Of a stretch of 64,000 nucleotides of DNA, positions 10,301-19,359 are shown piece after piece. A model generated the notes under the pieces. It was not told where the DNA came from, searched no databases, and worked only from the letters and a program-made list of their open reading frames with translations. The translations under genes were made by a program, and so were the position numbers. Each line of letters begins with the position of its first letter. Position 1 is the first letter of the stretch. The DNA comes from an uncultured Chloroflexia bacterium (GTDB lineage: Bacteria; Chloroflexota; Limnocylindria; Limnocylindrales; CSP1-4), in the NCBI GenBank assembly GCA_963813535.1, contig CAWEZH010000002.1:1760001-1824000 (forward strand). Direction: 5' to 3'.

Positions 10301-11925
10301 CGAAGGTCCATGACGACCCGCTCGCGCTCCGGGTCGATGGCCGGGTTGGTCACCTGTGCGAAGGCCTGGCGAAGGTGGTCGGCCACCGGCCGGTCCACGC
10401 GACCGCGGCCGGCCGTGGGCGTGTCGTCGCCCATGCTCCACAACGGCTCGTGCCCCTCGAGCGCCATGGTCTTGATATCGAGCCGTGCCTTTTCGGCGTC
10501 GAGCCCGGCGAGGTAGCGCAAGCTGTGATCGAGCGGACCGCGACCCTCGATCACCGCCGCCGCGACCTCGGCACTGTCCTCGTGGAGCGGCCGTGGTGCG
10601 TCGTGGATCGGCAATCGACGCAGGACGTGTGCCTTCGCGTCGGTGTCCTCGAGGATCGCCCGCCGCGCCGGCTCGACGAGGAGCAGCTCGCCGGGGCCGA
10701 GCCGGCCCCGCCGGATCGTGTCGCGCGCTTCGAACGGCACGGCGCCGGCCTCGGAGGCGACGGCGACGAGCCGGTCTCGGGTGACGGCGAAGGCGGCGGG
10801 CCGGAGGCCATTGCGATCGACCAGGGCGCCCACCCGTCGACCGTCGGCGAAGACGATCGCTGCCGGCCCGTCCCACGGCGCGAGCATCCCGGCCGCTCGA
10901 CGCCGGAGCGTGGCGACGTGCGGGTGTGGCGCACGACGCAGACCGACGGCCTCGGGGATGGCCGCCAGCAGCGCCGGCGCGAGGTCCCAGCCGGTCGTGG
11001 TCAGGAGCTCGAGCCCCTCGTCCAGGGACAGCGAATCCGAGCCGTCCGCGGTCAGCAGCGGACCGGCATCGAGCAACTCGGCGGCGATGGGCTTCGCGCC
11101 GCGGTCGCGCGTCCGCCCGCGGACCTGCTCGCGGTTTCCGCGGACCGTGTTGATCTCGCCGTTGTGGGCGATCGACCGGAACGGCTGGGCCAGCCGCCAG
11201 ATCGGTGTCGTGTTCGTGGCATACCGCTGGTGGAACACGGCGTAGGTGACGTCGAGCTCGGCTCGGAGATCCGGATACAGGTCCGCCAGGCGTGTTCCGG
11301 CGACGAGGCCCTTGTAGACGACCGTCCGGCACGAGGCCGATGGGATCGATAGGCCGGCGATGCTGCCACGCGCTACGCGAGCGGCGGTCTCCAGTCGGCG
11401 TCGAGCGACGACCAACCGGCGCTCGAATGCCCTATCGGTCAGCCCGTCCGGCCGGATCACGATCGCCTGCGCCACGAACGGGCGCGAGGCCGACGCCACC
11501 GCACCCAGCGCGATCGGCTCGAACGGCACGGATCGCCAGGCCACTACGGGGAGACCGCTCTGTGCGAACACGTCCTCGACGAGGCCTCGGCTTGCACGAC
11601 GTGCAGCCGCCCCACGCGGCAGGAATGCCATCACGACGCCCGGCCGATCCACCGCCCGGGGGCCGGCGATCAGCGCGAGCACCGACGAGGTCAGCGGGAG
11701 CGCGACACCCGCCCCATCGCTGGACTCGCCGTCAGCCGCGAACGCCCCACGATGGGCGAGTGCCGCCAGACCGGCCAACGCGAGTGGAAGGACCTTCCCC
11801 GCGGAGCGCCCGCCGGCATCGGCGACGAACCCCACGCCGCACGCGTCGTGTTCGAACCGCGAGTCGTAGAGCGGTGCACGCGTGTCGCGGCGGTCGGATC
11901 GATCGCGTCGGTCGGTGGCGTCCAT
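7360..11925 (-). CDS. gltB: Glutamate synthase large subunit
   Basis: HDACGVGF (Ntn Cys), HNGEINT, AMSVGALS, IKQVASARFGV, QGSKPGEGGQLPG, PPPHHDIYSIEDL, CHLDTCPTGI, GCEYMTGG. Confidence 0.97.
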   Translation of the reverse strand: MDATDRRDRSDRRDTRAPLYDSRFEHDACGVGFVADAGGRSAGKVLPLALAGLAALAHRGAFAADGESSDGAGVALPLTSSVLALIAGPRAVDRPGVVMAFLPRGAAARRASRGLVEDVFAQSGLPVVAWRSVPFEPIALGAVASASRPFVAQAIVIRPDGLTDRAFERRLVVARRRLETAARVARGSIAGLSIPSASCRTVVYKGLVAGTRLADLYPDLRAELDVTYAVFHQRYATNTTPIWRLAQPFRSIAHNGEINTVRGNREQVRGRTRDRGAKPIAAELLDAGPLLTADGSDSLSLDEGLELLTTTGWDLAPALLAAIPEAVGLRRAPHPHVATLRRRAAGMLAPWDGPAAIVFADGRRVGALVDRNGLRPAAFAVTRDRLVAVASEAGAVPFEARDTIRRGRLGPGELLLVEPARRAILEDTDAKAHVLRRLPIHDAPRPLHEDSAEVAAAVIEGRGPLDHSLRYLAGLDAEKARLDIKTMALEGHEPLWSMGDDTPTAGRGRVDRPVADHLRQAFAQVTNPAIDPERERVVMDLRVELGRRPALLGGPPRGPRTLRLERPIVADLDGLLEVALAGGRRVRVLDATWPVDDGAEGLPRRLERLAAEAVAASEAGIEILLISDSSTSTDRLPVPSILAVGAVHTALTDAGLRGRTDLVVDAADVLDVHAMAMTLAVGATVVHPRLALEVAAELAGSRGAEELTPADAIENLVDAFAAGLRKTLARMGISAIASYIGGALVDTVDLAPDAIARCFPTVAAWPGRTTLDDIGARVVRRRDAALALPALIPGREPRLPDPGFARFRADGEAHLFAPRIASEIQVLSGATPTVEGEPRLDGALERYRTALSRPAGAPSTPRDELRLRRLGPPVTVDSVESARSIAHRFVVSAMSVGALSPEAHQALTIGIQRAGGAANTGEGGEDPAWYAAGPDGRRRDARIKQVASARFGVTATYLARADQLEIKIAQGSKPGEGGQLPGRKATAYIAALRRGQAGQSYISPPPHHDIYSIEDLAQLIADLRAINPGARIGVKLVASRGVGTIAAGVAKAGAGYIHLSGHAGGTGASPLSSIKHVGAPWEFGLAEVHQVLLRNDLRDRVAVRTDGGLQTGRDLLVAALLGAEEFAFGTSALVAIGCDMARQCHLDTCPTGIATQREDLRAKFRGTPEMVETFFLALAEDLRRELAAVGARSVGEVVGESRRALRPVRAAAIELAQVVGAARWSADDARRADPAIPARTARHAPASPLEVRVAAAFRDQGPVAASGLRLSTADRSFGAGLTGAIERGELRGPVRLEVRGAAGQSFGAFASGAIELTLVGQANDYVAKGLSGGRIVVRPEADLPVLAGGEAIAGNTVLYGATAGRVHLVGRAGMRFAVRNSGASAVVEGIGAHGCEYMTGGVVVVLGPIGANFGAGMTGGRAYLYDPNGRHAAALHGESVAAIRLGEALRSRADGTERFDELFGLLQDQAAAGSTLARRLILSESLAADTWLVEPVTPVAATTQATAVVGADLAAGVPIRA

Positions 11926-12063
11926 CGATGTGGCGTCTCCGCGAGGCGGTGGAGCGGCCGCCGCCCGGTCCGGACGGGGGCCGCATGTGTGTGGGAACGC
12001 CGGGGAGCTTCGGCCGATCGAGTGCCGGGAGGAGCCGTTCCCGACCGGCCGTTGCCCCTGCGG

Positions 12064-13284
12064 CTAGGACTGGTAGGCGACCTCGCCGTGGGTCGCGAGG
12101 TCGATGCCGATCTCCTCGTCGCTGGCCGACACGCGGATGCCAAGGACCAGGTCGACGACCTTGACGATGACGAACGTCGAGACGACCGCGTAGGCGACCG
12201 TCGCGACGACGGCGATCAGCTGGTTGACGAGCTGCTGGGCGTTGCCTTCGAGCAGGCCCGTGTAGGCCTCCTGGATGGCAGCGGACGCGAACACGCCCGT
12301 CGCGATCGCGCCGAACATGCCACCCACCCCGTGGACCGCGAAGACGTCGAGCGCGTCGTCGATCTTGAGGCGGGATCGGAGGAGCGTCGCGCTGTAGCAC
12401 AGCCCGCCGACGACGAGGCCGATGATCAGCGCGCCGCCGACGCCGACGAAGCCGGACGCCGGGGTGATGGCGACGAGGCCCGCCACGGCACCGCACGCGG
12501 CACCGATGACGCTGACCTTGCCCTTGTGCAGGTAGCTGGCGAGGACCCAGGTGATCGTCGCCGCTGCCGCGGCCGTGTTGGTGACCATGAACGCGTTGGC
12601 GGCGAGGCCGTTGGCGGCCACCGCCGAGCCGGCGTTGAAGCCGAACCAGCCGAACCACAGCAGTCCCGCGCCGAGCACGGTCATCGGCACGTCGTGCGGC
12701 TCCATCGGCTCGCCGTTGACCGCCCGTCGGCCGATCAGCAGCGCGACGATCAGGGCCGAGACGCCCGAGCTGATATGGACGACGGTCCCGCCGGCGAAGT
12801 CGAGCGCACCGAGCTTGAAGAGCCAGCCGTCGACCGACCAGACCCAGTGGGCCAGCGGCGAGTACACGAGGATCGACCAGAGGATCGTGAACAGCACGAA
12901 CGCGCCGAAGCGCTTGCGCTCGGCGAAGGCGCCCGTGATGAGTGCCGGCGTGATCGCCGCGAACATCAGCTGGAACGCAGCGAACAGGACGAAGGGGACG
13001 GTCGTCGCGTATGTCGCCGACGGTTCGAGTCCGACGCCGTTGAACATCGCGAAGTCGAGACCGCCGATCAGCCCGAGGCCGGCGACGTCAGGCCCGAACG
13101 CGAGCGTGAACCCGACGATCACCCAGACGACGCTGACCAGGGCAAGGCCGAAGAAGCTGTGCATGATCGTCGAGAGCACGTTCTTGCGGCGGACGAGGCC
13201 GCCATAGAACAGAGCGAGCCCCGGCAACATGATCATCACCAGGGCTGTCGACATCAGGAGCCACGCGGTATCGCCAGTGTCCAT
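12064..13284 (-). CDS. amtB: Ammonium transporter
   Basis: MDTGDTAW, DFAGGTVVH, WFGWFGFNAGS, DDALDVFAVHG (twin His conserved). Confidence 0.97.
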   Translation of the reverse strand: MDTGDTAWLLMSTALVMIMLPGLALFYGGLVRRKNVLSTIMHSFFGLALVSVVWVIVGFTLAFGPDVAGLGLIGGLDFAMFNGVGLEPSATYATTVPFVLFAAFQLMFAAITPALITGAFAERKRFGAFVLFTILWSILVYSPLAHWVWSVDGWLFKLGALDFAGGTVVHISSGVSALIVALLIGRRAVNGEPMEPHDVPMTVLGAGLLWFGWFGFNAGSAVAANGLAANAFMVTNTAAAAATITWVLASYLHKGKVSVIGAACGAVAGLVAITPASGFVGVGGALIIGLVVGGLCYSATLLRSRLKIDDALDVFAVHGVGGMFGAIATGVFASAAIQEAYTGLLEGNAQQLVNQLIAVVATVAYAVVSTFVIVKVVDLVLGIRVSASDEEIGIDLATHGEVAYQS

Positions 13285-13334
13285 CCATTCCTCCCGGCAA
13301 GATCCGGACACCCGGTCCGACGGGTGTGGATGGA

Positions 13335-13389
13335 ACGCTACGGTCAGGCGGGGCTGCCGGTCGGCCCCACGACAGGACCGACAATGTCG
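13335..13389 (-). promoter_or_regulatory. Putative amtB-gltB promoter (-10 TAGCGT) with upstream palindrome CGACAATGTCG
   Basis: TAGCGT at 13340-13335 on the minus strand; palindrome 13379-13389 with an extra CGACA half-site at 13370. Confidence 0.35.
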
Positions 13390-13483
13390 CGGTTCGGGCG
13401 CGGCGTCGGTAGCGAGCGGGCCACAGGGTTGCGGCTGGGGGTCGCCCGTGTGCGCGCCGTCGACTACCCTCCGGAGCTGAACG

Positions 13484-14104
13484 ATGTCTGATCAGCTGCT
13501 GGCCTTCATCGGCGTCGCGATCGCGGTCGTGGTGATCCCCGGACCGGACATGGCCCTCGTGGCACGCAACGTGTACCGGCACGGGCGGTCGGCCGGCTTC
13601 GCCACCTCGCTCGGCATCTGCACGGGGATCCTCGGTTGGGCGGTCGCGGCTGCGCTCGGTGTCGCGACGCTGCTCGCGACGTCGTCCGTCGCCTTCACGG
13701 TCCTCAAGCTGGCCGGTGCGGCGTACCTGATCTACCTCGGCATCACCACTCTTCGATCGCGCGACGCCTTCGAGGCGACGAGCGGGAGCCGGACGTCGTC
13801 GATCCCGTGGCACCGGGCCTGGCTCCAGGGCCTGCTGTCGGCGCTGCTGAACCCGAAACTCGGGGTGTTCTTCCTGACGTTGCTGCCGCAGTTCATCGAG
13901 GTGGGGCAGCCGCCGGCCGTCCGGTTGCTCCAGCTCGCCGTCGTCTTCGACCTGATCGGTCTCGCGTGGCTGATGGCGTACACGGCGCTGCTCGCCGCGG
14001 CGGGGCATGCCCTCGGCCGTGGCGGTGCACGGCGCCTGGTCCGCTGGCTGAGCGGGACGGTCCTCATCGCCCTCGGTCTGCGCGTCGCCGTCGAGCGGAC
14101 CTGA
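13484..14104 (+). CDS. LysE/RhtB family translocator
   Basis: IPGPDMALV, LKLAGAAYLIYLG, LLNPKLGVFF. Confidence 0.93.
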   Translation: MSDQLLAFIGVAIAVVVIPGPDMALVARNVYRHGRSAGFATSLGICTGILGWAVAAALGVATLLATSSVAFTVLKLAGAAYLIYLGITTLRSRDAFEATSGSRTSSIPWHRAWLQGLLSALLNPKLGVFFLTLLPQFIEVGQPPAVRLLQLAVVFDLIGLAWLMAYTALLAAAGHALGRGGARRLVRWLSGTVLIALGLRVAVERT

Positions 14105-14237
14105 ACGAGCGCTTGGATCACGGTCGAGGCTCCGCGGATCGGCGGTTGCGTGGTACGAACGTCGGGGGGTCCGAACCCTCGTGCCCGGGCTACGCTTCCG
14201 GCACAGGTGTTGACGCCTGTCAACGAGGGGAGCCCAC

Positions 14238-15134
14238 ATGCGCAGAGGCCTGACATTCGGCCTGTCATTCTTCGCGGCGACGATCGCCGCCATCGCGATC
14301 CTGCCCGTCACCGCCATCGGCGCAAGCTCGATCGTCGAATGCGGACAGCTGTCGAGCTATGTCGCCCCGGATCCGGTCGCCCCGACTGACGGGAGCCTGC
14401 AGCTCGGCGCGCTCGATCCCTGGGTCGTTCTCGCCACGGCGACGGTCTCCCCGGCCGCAACGACGGCCCTGCCCGCCCTCGCTGGCTCCGGACCGACCTG
14501 CGTCGCGCTGGATCTCGATGACTTCGGAGCCGTCACCGCGATCGACGTCGCGCCGACCGGTCATATCAGCGGTCACGTCGACTTCGACGCCGGATCCGGG
14601 TTCTACCTCTTCGCCGATCGGCTCATCATCCCGACGTTCGTCACCGACCCGTACCCGGGCCTCGCGGCGCTCGTCGTGACGAGCTACCAGGCGGGGACCG
14701 TGCTCGACATGACCTTCACGGTCGACACGACGACCGCGCAATTCACGGGTTTTGACGGACGAGCCGCGTTCTGCGGCCACGGTTCGATGACCGCGTCTGG
14801 CGATGGCCGCGTCGGTGACGCGGTGCTCCCTGCCGAGGTCCTCGATGGCACCGATCGGTCGAGACTCGAAAACGCCGGCAACCGCACGGCGTGCGCAGCC
14901 GTGCACTCCGCAGGGACGATCGATCCCGGATCCGGGAATTTGTCGATCACCACGAGCGTCGACATCGATGTCGCAGCGGGATCGGTCGCCCTGACGCCGC
15001 CGCCGACGTCCACGGTCGTCGCCGATATACCGGCGACGCCACCCGATCTCTCGTCCGTGGTCGCGCTGCTGATCGGGGCGTGCATCGCGCTGGTGGCCGC
15101 CACCCTGGCGATGCGACCCCGCTTCGAGGACTGA
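14238..15134 (+). CDS. Secreted protein with C-terminal membrane anchor, unknown function
   Basis: SD GAGGGGAG, signal peptide, 4 Cys, C-terminal PPPTST + TM + RPR tail. Confidence 0.75.
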   Translation: MRRGLTFGLSFFAATIAAIAILPVTAIGASSIVECGQLSSYVAPDPVAPTDGSLQLGALDPWVVLATATVSPAATTALPALAGSGPTCVALDLDDFGAVTAIDVAPTGHISGHVDFDAGSGFYLFADRLIIPTFVTDPYPGLAALVVTSYQAGTVLDMTFTVDTTTAQFTGFDGRAAFCGHGSMTASGDGRVGDAVLPAEVLDGTDRSRLENAGNRTACAAVHSAGTIDPGSGNLSITTSVDIDVAAGSVALTPPPTSTVVADIPATPPDLSSVVALLIGACIALVAATLAMRPRFED

Positions 15135-15143
15135 GCGGGTCCC

Positions 15144-16112
15144 CTACCCCTCCCCGCGGACGCGGACCGATCCGACGCCGCCGTTGATGGCGATGTCCAC
15201 GCGGTTCGTCGCGGATCCATAGTCGGCCGACTGGTAGTCGTTGCCGAAGCGCGGGAAACGACCCTCGTCGACATTGACGCTCCCGAGCGCGACGGTGCTG
15301 CGGATCCGCGCGGCGACGCCGTTGGGGACGATGAACGTGAGACTGGCCGCCCCTGCCTCGGCCTTGACGTCGGTCATTCCGGCGGCGCGCGACAGGGTCA
15401 CGGTGGTCTCGCTGGCGCCGGTCTTGATGTGCAAGCGTCGAACGCGCAACTCGGCCAGGTCGAGCCGGGTCCGGCTGGCCCCGCCCTCGACCGTCAGCTC
15501 GAGCGGCACCTCGCGGGTCAGGCCGACGGTCCACGCCGATTCCCGTTGGAGCCACGGCATCCCGTACGACGTGTCCTGCTCGAGCTCCACGACGCCGCGC
15601 GTTTGCTCATGATGGTCGACGCCGCCCCGGAACTCGCCATCGAGCAGGTTCCCGGGCGCCGCCGGCACGGTCTGGAGCGTGCCTGCGCCGAACCGGATCC
15701 TGACGGCCGCCTGCTGAACGTCTCCCAACGGGATGACGAGCTGCTCGAGCGGACGGCGACCGCCCGGGACGAACGCGCCGATCAGGAACCAGACGCCAAG
15801 CCCGACGAACAGCCACGGCCAGCCTTGGGCGATCAGCTCGATCGGGCCGGTGCCGAGACGGCCCGTCGTGCTCAGCAACAGCACGACGCCCACCACGATC
15901 CAGAGGATGGGCCAGGTCAGCGACCAGAAGCTCCAGCTCCCGGGTCGCCGGTCGATGAGGGTCGTGACGAACGACGCGACGCCCACGAGGATCACGAACA
16001 GCGGCCATGCCTCGTTCCACGAGAGGTCCATGGTCTGGCGGACGAGGAAGACGAGCCCAAGACCGATCAGCCACGTGCCACCGATCAGCGCGCCGCGGTT
16101 CGGCCGGTTCAT
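15144..16112 (-). CDS. LiaF/DUF5668-like membrane protein with C-terminal beta-solenoid (toast-rack-like) domain
   Basis: Repeated WP(L/I) TM motifs, then GAG/GGAS/GASE repeats; true start MNRPNRG overlaps the upstream stop. Confidence 0.75.
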   Translation of the reverse strand: MNRPNRGALIGGTWLIGLGLVFLVRQTMDLSWNEAWPLFVILVGVASFVTTLIDRRPGSWSFWSLTWPILWIVVGVVLLLSTTGRLGTGPIELIAQGWPWLFVGLGVWFLIGAFVPGGRRPLEQLVIPLGDVQQAAVRIRFGAGTLQTVPAAPGNLLDGEFRGGVDHHEQTRGVVELEQDTSYGMPWLQRESAWTVGLTREVPLELTVEGGASRTRLDLAELRVRRLHIKTGASETTVTLSRAAGMTDVKAEAGAASLTFIVPNGVAARIRSTVALGSVNVDEGRFPRFGNDYQSADYGSATNRVDIAINGGVGSVRVRGEG

Positions 16113-16660
16113 GACGTGCCGTCTGGCGGCGGACCGCCGCTTGGCTCTGGTTCGTCCGGTCGCGGGCGGCCGGATCGCAGGCCGCCGGATCGCGGGCCCC
16201 GGCCCATCGCTGAGGCGATCAGCACCACACCGATGGCGACCAAAACCAGCGGCCAGACCCAGTCGAAGTCGATCTGCGGCAGGAATTCGCGAACGAGGAA
16301 GAACGCGCCGAGCAGGACGAGGAATCCACCGAACAGCACGCCCATCGGCAGGCCGCCCCGATCCGTCCTGGCGGGCGGCCGGCTCGGGCGGGCCACGGCT
16401 CCGGTCGAGTCCGCGGCTTGGCTCGTCTCGGCGAGCGCCCGCGATCCGCTGCCTGCGTCCGGGCCGAAGACCTCGTCCTCGTCCGGCACGACGACGGCCA
16501 TGATGATGTACACGATCAGGGCGATGCCACCGGTGAAGATCACGAGGAGTGCCCACAGGACCCGGACCAGCGAGGGGTCGGCTCCCCACATCTCGGCAAG
16601 GCCGCCGGCGACGCCAGCGAGCATGCGGTCGCGGCGCGAGCGATAGAGTCGCTTCGACAT
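16109..16660 (-). CDS. PspC domain-containing membrane protein
   Basis: KRLYRSRRDRMLAGVAGGLAE PspC signature plus a C-terminal WP-type TM pair. Confidence 0.9.
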   Translation of the reverse strand: MSKRLYRSRRDRMLAGVAGGLAEMWGADPSLVRVLWALLVIFTGGIALIVYIIMAVVVPDEDEVFGPDAGSGSRALAETSQAADSTGAVARPSRPPARTDRGGLPMGVLFGGFLVLLGAFFLVREFLPQIDFDWVWPLVLVAIGVVLIASAMGRGPRSGGLRSGRPRPDEPEPSGGPPPDGTS

Positions 16661-17613
16661 CAGCAGCCACCTGCCGGGTCGAGCGTGAAGTTCGCGGCGT
16701 TGCCCTCGATCGAGAGATCGATCACCGGAGCTCCGACCGCGCCCTCACGGGTCCAGACGTCGCCGCTCCGGACGAGGCCGCGGTCGTCGAGGTCGTGGGC
16801 GAACGTCAGCTGCTCTTCGACGCGGAAGCGAAGCGTGGCGTCGGGCGGCACGCACAGCTCCATGGCGCCCGCGTTGGCCGACATCGACCCAGTCGTATCT
16901 GCGTCGACGCGCAAACGGATGCGCCCGGCGTTGGTCGAGACGTCGATCCGACCAAGGCTGCCATCCGTCCCGTCGATACGGGCTTCACCTGCATTCAGGT
17001 CCACGACCAGGGTCGTCAACTCCGCCCCAGCCAGGCTGGCCGTCACCGAGCTGGCATTGGCGTCGAGCTCGAGCTCCTGAAGCTGGTCGGCCGGCAAGGC
17101 GACGGTCCATTCCTGCCGACGCAGTCCGAAGCCATCGGGCGAGCGCAGGCCCAGTGCCTGATCGGACAGCTCGAGCGTGGGTGGTTCGTCCTGGTAGTCG
17201 GCCTGGACGCGCCAATCGCTGCCGGATCGGACGGATAGGTCGAGCGAGCCGCAGTCAAGATCCATGTGCGAGGTCATCCGACCTGAGAACGTGCCTGCCT
17301 GCTCGAACGTCTGGTCCGTCCCGGAGCCACCCGCGCCACAGCCACCGGCGTTGCCGATCCAGTTCGCCCCGGAGGCGAGGACGCCACCGGCGGCCAGCCC
17401 GAGCACCACCGCAGCGACGACCGTGCCGAGGATGCCGGCTGAGGTCCGCCCGAGGATCAGGGAGATGCCGAGGGCGACGAGCAATAGCGGCCAGAGGCGC
17501 CACAGGTCTGCGAGCGCATTCGGGTCGAGCACGCCGGCCCGTACGAGCAGGGGCAGACCACCAAGCAGGAGGAAGAAGATGCCCCAAAACAGGAGGCCGG
17601 GTCGGATCCGCAT
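16660..17613 (-). CDS. LiaF/DUF5668-like membrane protein with beta-solenoid domain
   Basis: LFWG...LWPLLL TM segments; repeated (D/S)xNAG beta-solenoid units. Confidence 0.72.
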   Translation of the reverse strand: MRIRPGLLFWGIFFLLLGGLPLLVRAGVLDPNALADLWRLWPLLLVALGISLILGRTSAGILGTVVAAVVLGLAAGGVLASGANWIGNAGGCGAGGSGTDQTFEQAGTFSGRMTSHMDLDCGSLDLSVRSGSDWRVQADYQDEPPTLELSDQALGLRSPDGFGLRRQEWTVALPADQLQELELDANASSVTASLAGAELTTLVVDLNAGEARIDGTDGSLGRIDVSTNAGRIRLRVDADTTGSMSANAGAMELCVPPDATLRFRVEEQLTFAHDLDDRGLVRSGDVWTREGAVGAPVIDLSIEGNAANFTLDPAGGC

Positions 17614-17731
17614 CTCGAGCGTCCCTTCGTGATGTCGTCTCGACCATGATGCGTCCACGCACCGGAGCGACGTCAAGGGCAGAGGGCACGAGCTCGTCGT
17701 TTTGCGTATCGGCCGGCGATCCTCATCAGCC

Positions 17732-17806
17732 TGGCGAGCCGGGTGGGATTCGAACCCACGACCAAAGGATTAAAAGTCCCCTGCTCTGCCACTGAGCTAC
17801 CGGCCC
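17732..17806 (-). tRNA. tRNA-Lys (UUU)
   Basis: GGGCCGGTAGCTCAGTGGCAGAGCAGGGGACTTTTAATCCTTTGGTCGTGGGTTCGAATCCCACCCGGCTCGCCA: cloverleaf, TTT anticodon, GTTCGAATC T-loop, encoded CCA. Confidence 0.97.
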
Positions 17807-17848
17807 GCGAGGGACCGTATCACGTCGTGCGGGCAGGGTTCGGTAGCG

Positions 17849-18382
17849 CTAGGACCGCTTCGAATCGATCGCTGAGATGGCCTCGGCGATGACCACGTCG
17901 AGCGGCTGACTCGCGTCGACCCTGACGCCACGCTCGCCCTCGCCGGGATGCTCGAGGGTCGCGAGTTGCGACTCGAGCAGGCTCGGCGGCATGTAGTGCC
18001 CGGTTCGCGCAGCCAGCCGATCGCGCAACGCGCCCTCGGCAGCGACGAGCTCGACGACGATCGACTCCTCGGGCGGGTTCGCGGAACGGAGCACGTCGCG
18101 GTAGGCGCGCCGCAGGGCTGAACAGGCAAGGACGGTGCTCTCGCCTCGTGCGTGGCGCTCCGCGATCAGCATCGCGAGCGCTTCGAGCCAGGGCCAGCGG
18201 TCGTCGTCGCTCAGGGGGATCCCGGCCGCCATCTTCGCGACGTTGGCTGGCGGGTGGTGGTCGTCACCCTCGATCATCTCGAGCCCCAGCTCACGCGAGA
18301 CGGCGGCCGCGACCGAGCTCTTGCCGCTCCCGGCGGGGCCCATGACGAGGATGTGGATGCAGCCTGGCGATCCGTCGCTCAC
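17849..18382 (-). CDS. gntK: Gluconokinase
   Basis: [59 protein letters not shown]. Confidence 0.93.
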   Translation of the reverse strand: MSDGSPGCIHILVMGPAGSGKSSVAAAVSRELGLEMIEGDDHHPPANVAKMAAGIPLSDDDRWPWLEALAMLIAERHARGESTVLACSALRRAYRDVLRSANPPEESIVVELVAAEGALRDRLAARTGHYMPPSLLESQLATLEHPGEGERGVRVDASQPLDVVIAEAISAIDSKRS

Positions 18383-19359
18383 GACGGCGGTGGCACCTCG
18401 GTCGGCAACGGTCGACCGCGCACGCCCGCTACGAGGTTCGCGGCGGCCATCTCGGCCATCTTGCCGCGCGTCGCCCGCGACGCCGACGCGATGTGGGGCA
18501 CGATCAGGCAGTTGGCCAGACCGACCAGCGGGTCATCCATAGGGATGGGCTCAGGATCCGTCACGTCCAGGCCGGCCGCCCAGATGTCGCCATCTCGCAG
18601 CGCTTTCGCCAGGGCGACCTGGTCCACCACCGGACCCCGTGATGTGTTCACCAGCACCGCCGTCGACTTCATCTGACCGAGCGTCTCGGCGTTGATCAGG
18701 TGCCGCGTCACCGGGGACAGGTTCACGTGGAGCGACACGAAATCGCTGCGCGGCAACAGCGCCTCGAGGGGCAGATACGTCGCGCCGAGTGGCTCGGTGA
18801 CGGACGCCGGCAGCGGTTCGAGGTCGTGGTACAGGATCTCCATCCCGAACCCCTGCGCCCGCCGCGCCAACGCCTGGCCGATCCGACCGAACCCGACGAT
18901 CCCGATCGTGGACCCGTGCACGTCCGGCCCGAGCAGCAGGAGCGGGCCCCACGTCTTCCACGACCCGGCGCGCACGAACCGATCGCCTTCGGGCACGCGA
19001 CGGGCGGCGGCCATGAGCAGCGCCCAGGCCAGATCAGCGGTCGTCTCGGTCAGGACGCCCGGTGTGTTGCCGACATGGACGCCGCGCCGCGCGCAGGCTG
19101 CGACGTCGACGTTGTCGAAGCCGACCGCATAGTTGCTCACGACCTTGAGCTGCGGGCCGGCCGCATCGAGGAACTCGTCGTCGACACGGTCGGTCAAGAG
19201 CGTCAGTGCGCCGTCGACACCCGCGATCCGGCGCAGCAGCTCGTCGCGTGGCGGCGGCAGCTCGTCCTCCCACAGGTCCATCTCGCACGCCGCGCGAACG
19301 AGATCGAGCCCCTCTTCGGGGATCCGCCGCGCGACGAATGCCTTCGGGCGGTCAGCCAC
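18379..19359 (-). CDS. D-glycerate dehydrogenase / glyoxylate reductase (D-2-hydroxyacid dehydrogenase family)
   Basis: [41 protein letters not shown]. Confidence 0.92.
   Translation of the reverse strand: MADRPKAFVARRIPEEGLDLVRAACEMDLWEDELPPPRDELLRRIAGVDGALTLLTDRVDDEFLDAAGPQLKVVSNYAVGFDNVDVAACARRGVHVGNTPGVLTETTADLAWALLMAAARRVPEGDRFVRAGSWKTWGPLLLLGPDVHGSTIGIVGFGRIGQALARRAQGFGMEILYHDLEPLPASVTEPLGATYLPLEALLPRSDFVSLHVNLSPVTRHLINAETLGQMKSTAVLVNTSRGPVVDQVALAKALRDGDIWAAGLDVTDPEPIPMDDPLVGLANCLIVPHIASASRATRGKMAEMAAANLVAGVRGRPLPTEVPPPS

Noticed and set aside
17732-17806. tRNA-Lys as the attachment site of an integrated element
   Set aside because: No integrase and no duplicated tRNA 3' end seen in the window
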